Below, one piece after another: positions 61,501 to 64,000 of a stretch of DNA of 64,000 nucleotides (position 1 is the first letter of the stretch; each line of letters begins with the position of its first letter). Made by a program: the position numbers and the translations under genes. Below the pieces are notes generated by a model, which was not told where the DNA came from, searched no databases, and worked only from the letters and a program-made list of their open reading frames with translations. Origin of the DNA: Antedon mediterranea (taxonomy: Eukaryota; Animalia; Echinodermata); contig NC_092677.1 of the NCBI RefSeq assembly GCF_964355755.1, positions 12,298,101 through 12,362,100 on the forward strand, in the 5' to 3' direction.

Positions 61501-63644
61501 TGCAATAAACGTATTATACATTAGTTATTTGTCCAAACCGGATGTTATTGCTCGTAAAACGATTGCTCTTTTTTTAATTCAGTAGTAGTACATATCTGCT
61601 AATCCCTTTAGACTGTATTGCATAACATAGATAACCTGTTTTACAGGTGTGTAGAACCATAAAATGTAAAACCCCCCATGTGTGTAAACAGGTGAGGATA
61701 TAGTGGTGTTTAAGGTTGTTGACTTGCTGACTAGAGGGGAGCAAGGTGACTTTGACAAATTCTGGGTGGAAAAGTATATTTACCCGTATTGATAATATGT
61801 TATGGACCATTTTATTCTTCCTGCTAAATACAGTAAAACCCTTGGGGATGATCTTTGAGAACAAGGGTGTGTGTCCTTTAATAGAGATCCCCTGGATAAG
61901 GGTTGGCCCTAGTATTAAACATATATACAGATATAATATATGTTATTCTTTTGTTGTTGTACCCCTATGTTGTTACAAAAATACAGGTGATTCAGAATTG
62001 TGAGTATTTCAGGCCGTACCAGAGCCCTGAATTACCAAAATTGTAAGCCGTTGAAAACAAGAAAAATTTCCTCTGCTAACTGGATTAACTTGTATGTGAT
62101 TAAGGCTATAACTAAATGATCAGATATGAAAAAGAAATTTATCCGAACATATGACAAGGGATTGTTTTAGCTCGGTAGGCAGTGTAGTGGTATTAGTAAC
62201 CATCACAATCAAACTACACACTAGCTATGCTAGACATGTCATAGCCCATTGTTTTGTCCCATGGAGTTTCAGGAAAATTCATTCAACGAAGTCTTTTATA
62301 TATATATTATATGATTGTATAAAAGTAGTCAATCATGAAAATATCCCATAAATTGAATCACATTATTATCCTAGATTATGTATAACAAATCTGCATATGC
62401 AGGACGAGGACAAAGTCTCGTTCTTTAGGATGAACTAAACATTTTGGTTTAGTACGGTAGTTTAATCCAACAAGGTTGAAATATTACTGCTGTGACGTCA
62501 CCTTTTAAAGCATGGAATTGGGAAGTTTTTTGGTTACTTGTGTCAGCAAATTATAAACAAAATATTTGGGCACAATATGCATACCCTCATAAAATATTGT
62601 TTTATTTTAACAAAATTAACCCTTTTTTCTCGTTAGCATGTAGGATTTGAAATAATATTGTCTCTAGAGAGTTCAATGACCCCATTAAGGTCAAAATAAA
62701 TTTAGTTATAAAATCAACATTGGCCAGTAAATTTGATGGCACAGTGGAGGTCTCTTGCCCAACGTACCACTTGTCTTATTTGCATGGATACAACATATAT
62801 CAAAACCATGGTTACTATGGAAATCATAGTTACTATGGAAATAAGTATAAAATTAAAACAAATCTGCATTATTTGATTCTACTCGTGTACTTTTTGTGGA
62901 TAAAGTGTTTTTGTTCGTAAAGTATAATTTAATAAAAGTTTTTTAAATTAGAATTTAATCTACTTTTTGCATGTTTATGGTAGCTTAAGGATTAATTTAA
63001 GAGAAATTATTTTTTATTAGTGACCAACCTAATTTTTTTATCAATCTGATCTCACCAGAGGCTTTGTTTCGAATTGCCATAAATAAAAAGGTTTTAAAAA
63101 ATATTTAATTAAAATAAAATGTGATGAGAAAGGTTGCACAATGCCATGATGATCTTACCATGATAATTGAGTCCTCCATTTATATAAAAGTCGCAAAATC
63201 AATGTGAAATTCTACCCCAAGTGACATTTTCAAAGACGTTTTGTCTTTAGTTTAACGAAATTTCAATAGTTTGAGTTTAATAAGATATTTTGAACTTGTT
63301 ACTTTGGTTGGTGTTTTGGTTAAAATCACATGTCCTGCGTGTATACAGTAATCCAAATATTTAGGTCTTTTGTTTTTTCACCATAGGATTGATGAGAGGT
63401 TAAAACTATCTGTGTGTCCCTACAACTGTAAATACTATAATAGACAATTATACAACAATGCCACAATAGGTCAAAAGTCCCATGGTATCTCAGATTGGAA
63501 GCCTTCGGTTTGGCACTTGTAATAGCCAGTAAAATTTAACATTTATTTTAATAAACAATAATATTTGTTGTGCATCGGTTAGGTTTAAATCCAACTCATT
63601 GTTTGTGGTAAAAAAAGGCACCTAAAGCCAGTTCTGCCTACTAA

Positions 63645-63770
63645 AGCTCTGTCCACACTATCAAACTTTTATGTGACAAACAAAATGTCATGTACCCGTA
63701 TATGGACACAATGACGACATATCACTACCATATTTGGGCAAATCACACTTTTTTTGTCGAACTAGTTTGC
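63645..63770. mobile_element. Harbinger-like MITE family A (3'-truncated)
   Basis: AGCTCTGTCCACACTATCAAAC... CACTACCATATTTGGGC core. Confidence 0.78.
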
Positions 63771-63829
63771 AGTTTGAAATGGAAAACAAAATTGCCGTTT
63801 TTTTATTCATTGTATATATACAGTAGGTA

Positions 63830-63910
63830 TCCAATTTAGAGGAGGTCCAATTTAGAGGAGGTCCAATTTAGAGGAGGTCCAATTTAGAGGAGGTCCAATT
63901 TAGAGTGGTC
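63830..63910. repeat. Minisatellite, 16-bp unit x ~5
   Basis: TCCAATTTAGAGGAGG repeated. Confidence 0.95.
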
Positions 63911-64000
63911 ACAAAATGTAGCCCATATGATAAAAGTACACAATTTATTTTTTGTGTAGAAATGAACCCACTTGTAAAAATCCTGACTACACCTGTATTG

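Noticed and set aside
57900-64000. Short ORFs and possible micro-exons in the last 6 kb
   Set aside because: No recognisable protein similarity and no phase-consistent exon chain could be built.

Overview
AT-rich eukaryotic (animal, probably marine invertebrate) genomic DNA with spliceosomal GT-AG introns; no prokaryotic features. From left to right: a decayed CR1/L2-group LINE (1-3.2 kb); a ~1.97-kb tandem repeat (2.6 copies, 3.7-9.5 kb), each unit carrying a tRNA-headed, highly structured, oligo-T-terminated element and a divergent second tRNA-derived element; then seven spliced genes whose exon phases I checked by hand: NAGPA (+), C19orf12 homolog (-), TP53INP/DOR homolog (+), BtpA/SgcQ-family gene (-), GINS3/PSF3 (+), RPUSD2-type pseudouridine synthase (+) and an ADP/ATP carrier (+), followed by a pseudogenised tandem copy of the carrier. 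The last 6.5 kb looks non-coding. Many MITEs (Harbinger-, hAT-, pogo-, Kolobok-like), SINE/LINE remnants, minisatellites and long palindromes are interspersed. Most notable: (1) an intact three-exon PHD + vertnin-type OTU-like + transposase-like gene inside RPUSD2 intron 1 that has no start exon of its own and splices in phase to the RPUSD2 first coding exon; (2) C19orf12 with two duplicated, phase-compatible alternative last exons; (3) the arrayed tRNA-headed structured Pol III-like RNA unit; (4) a 126-bp-arm near-perfect palindrome with a Penelope/hammerhead-like motif next to a 3' splice site. Gene identities rest on recognised protein motifs, not database searches; there is no expression evidence.
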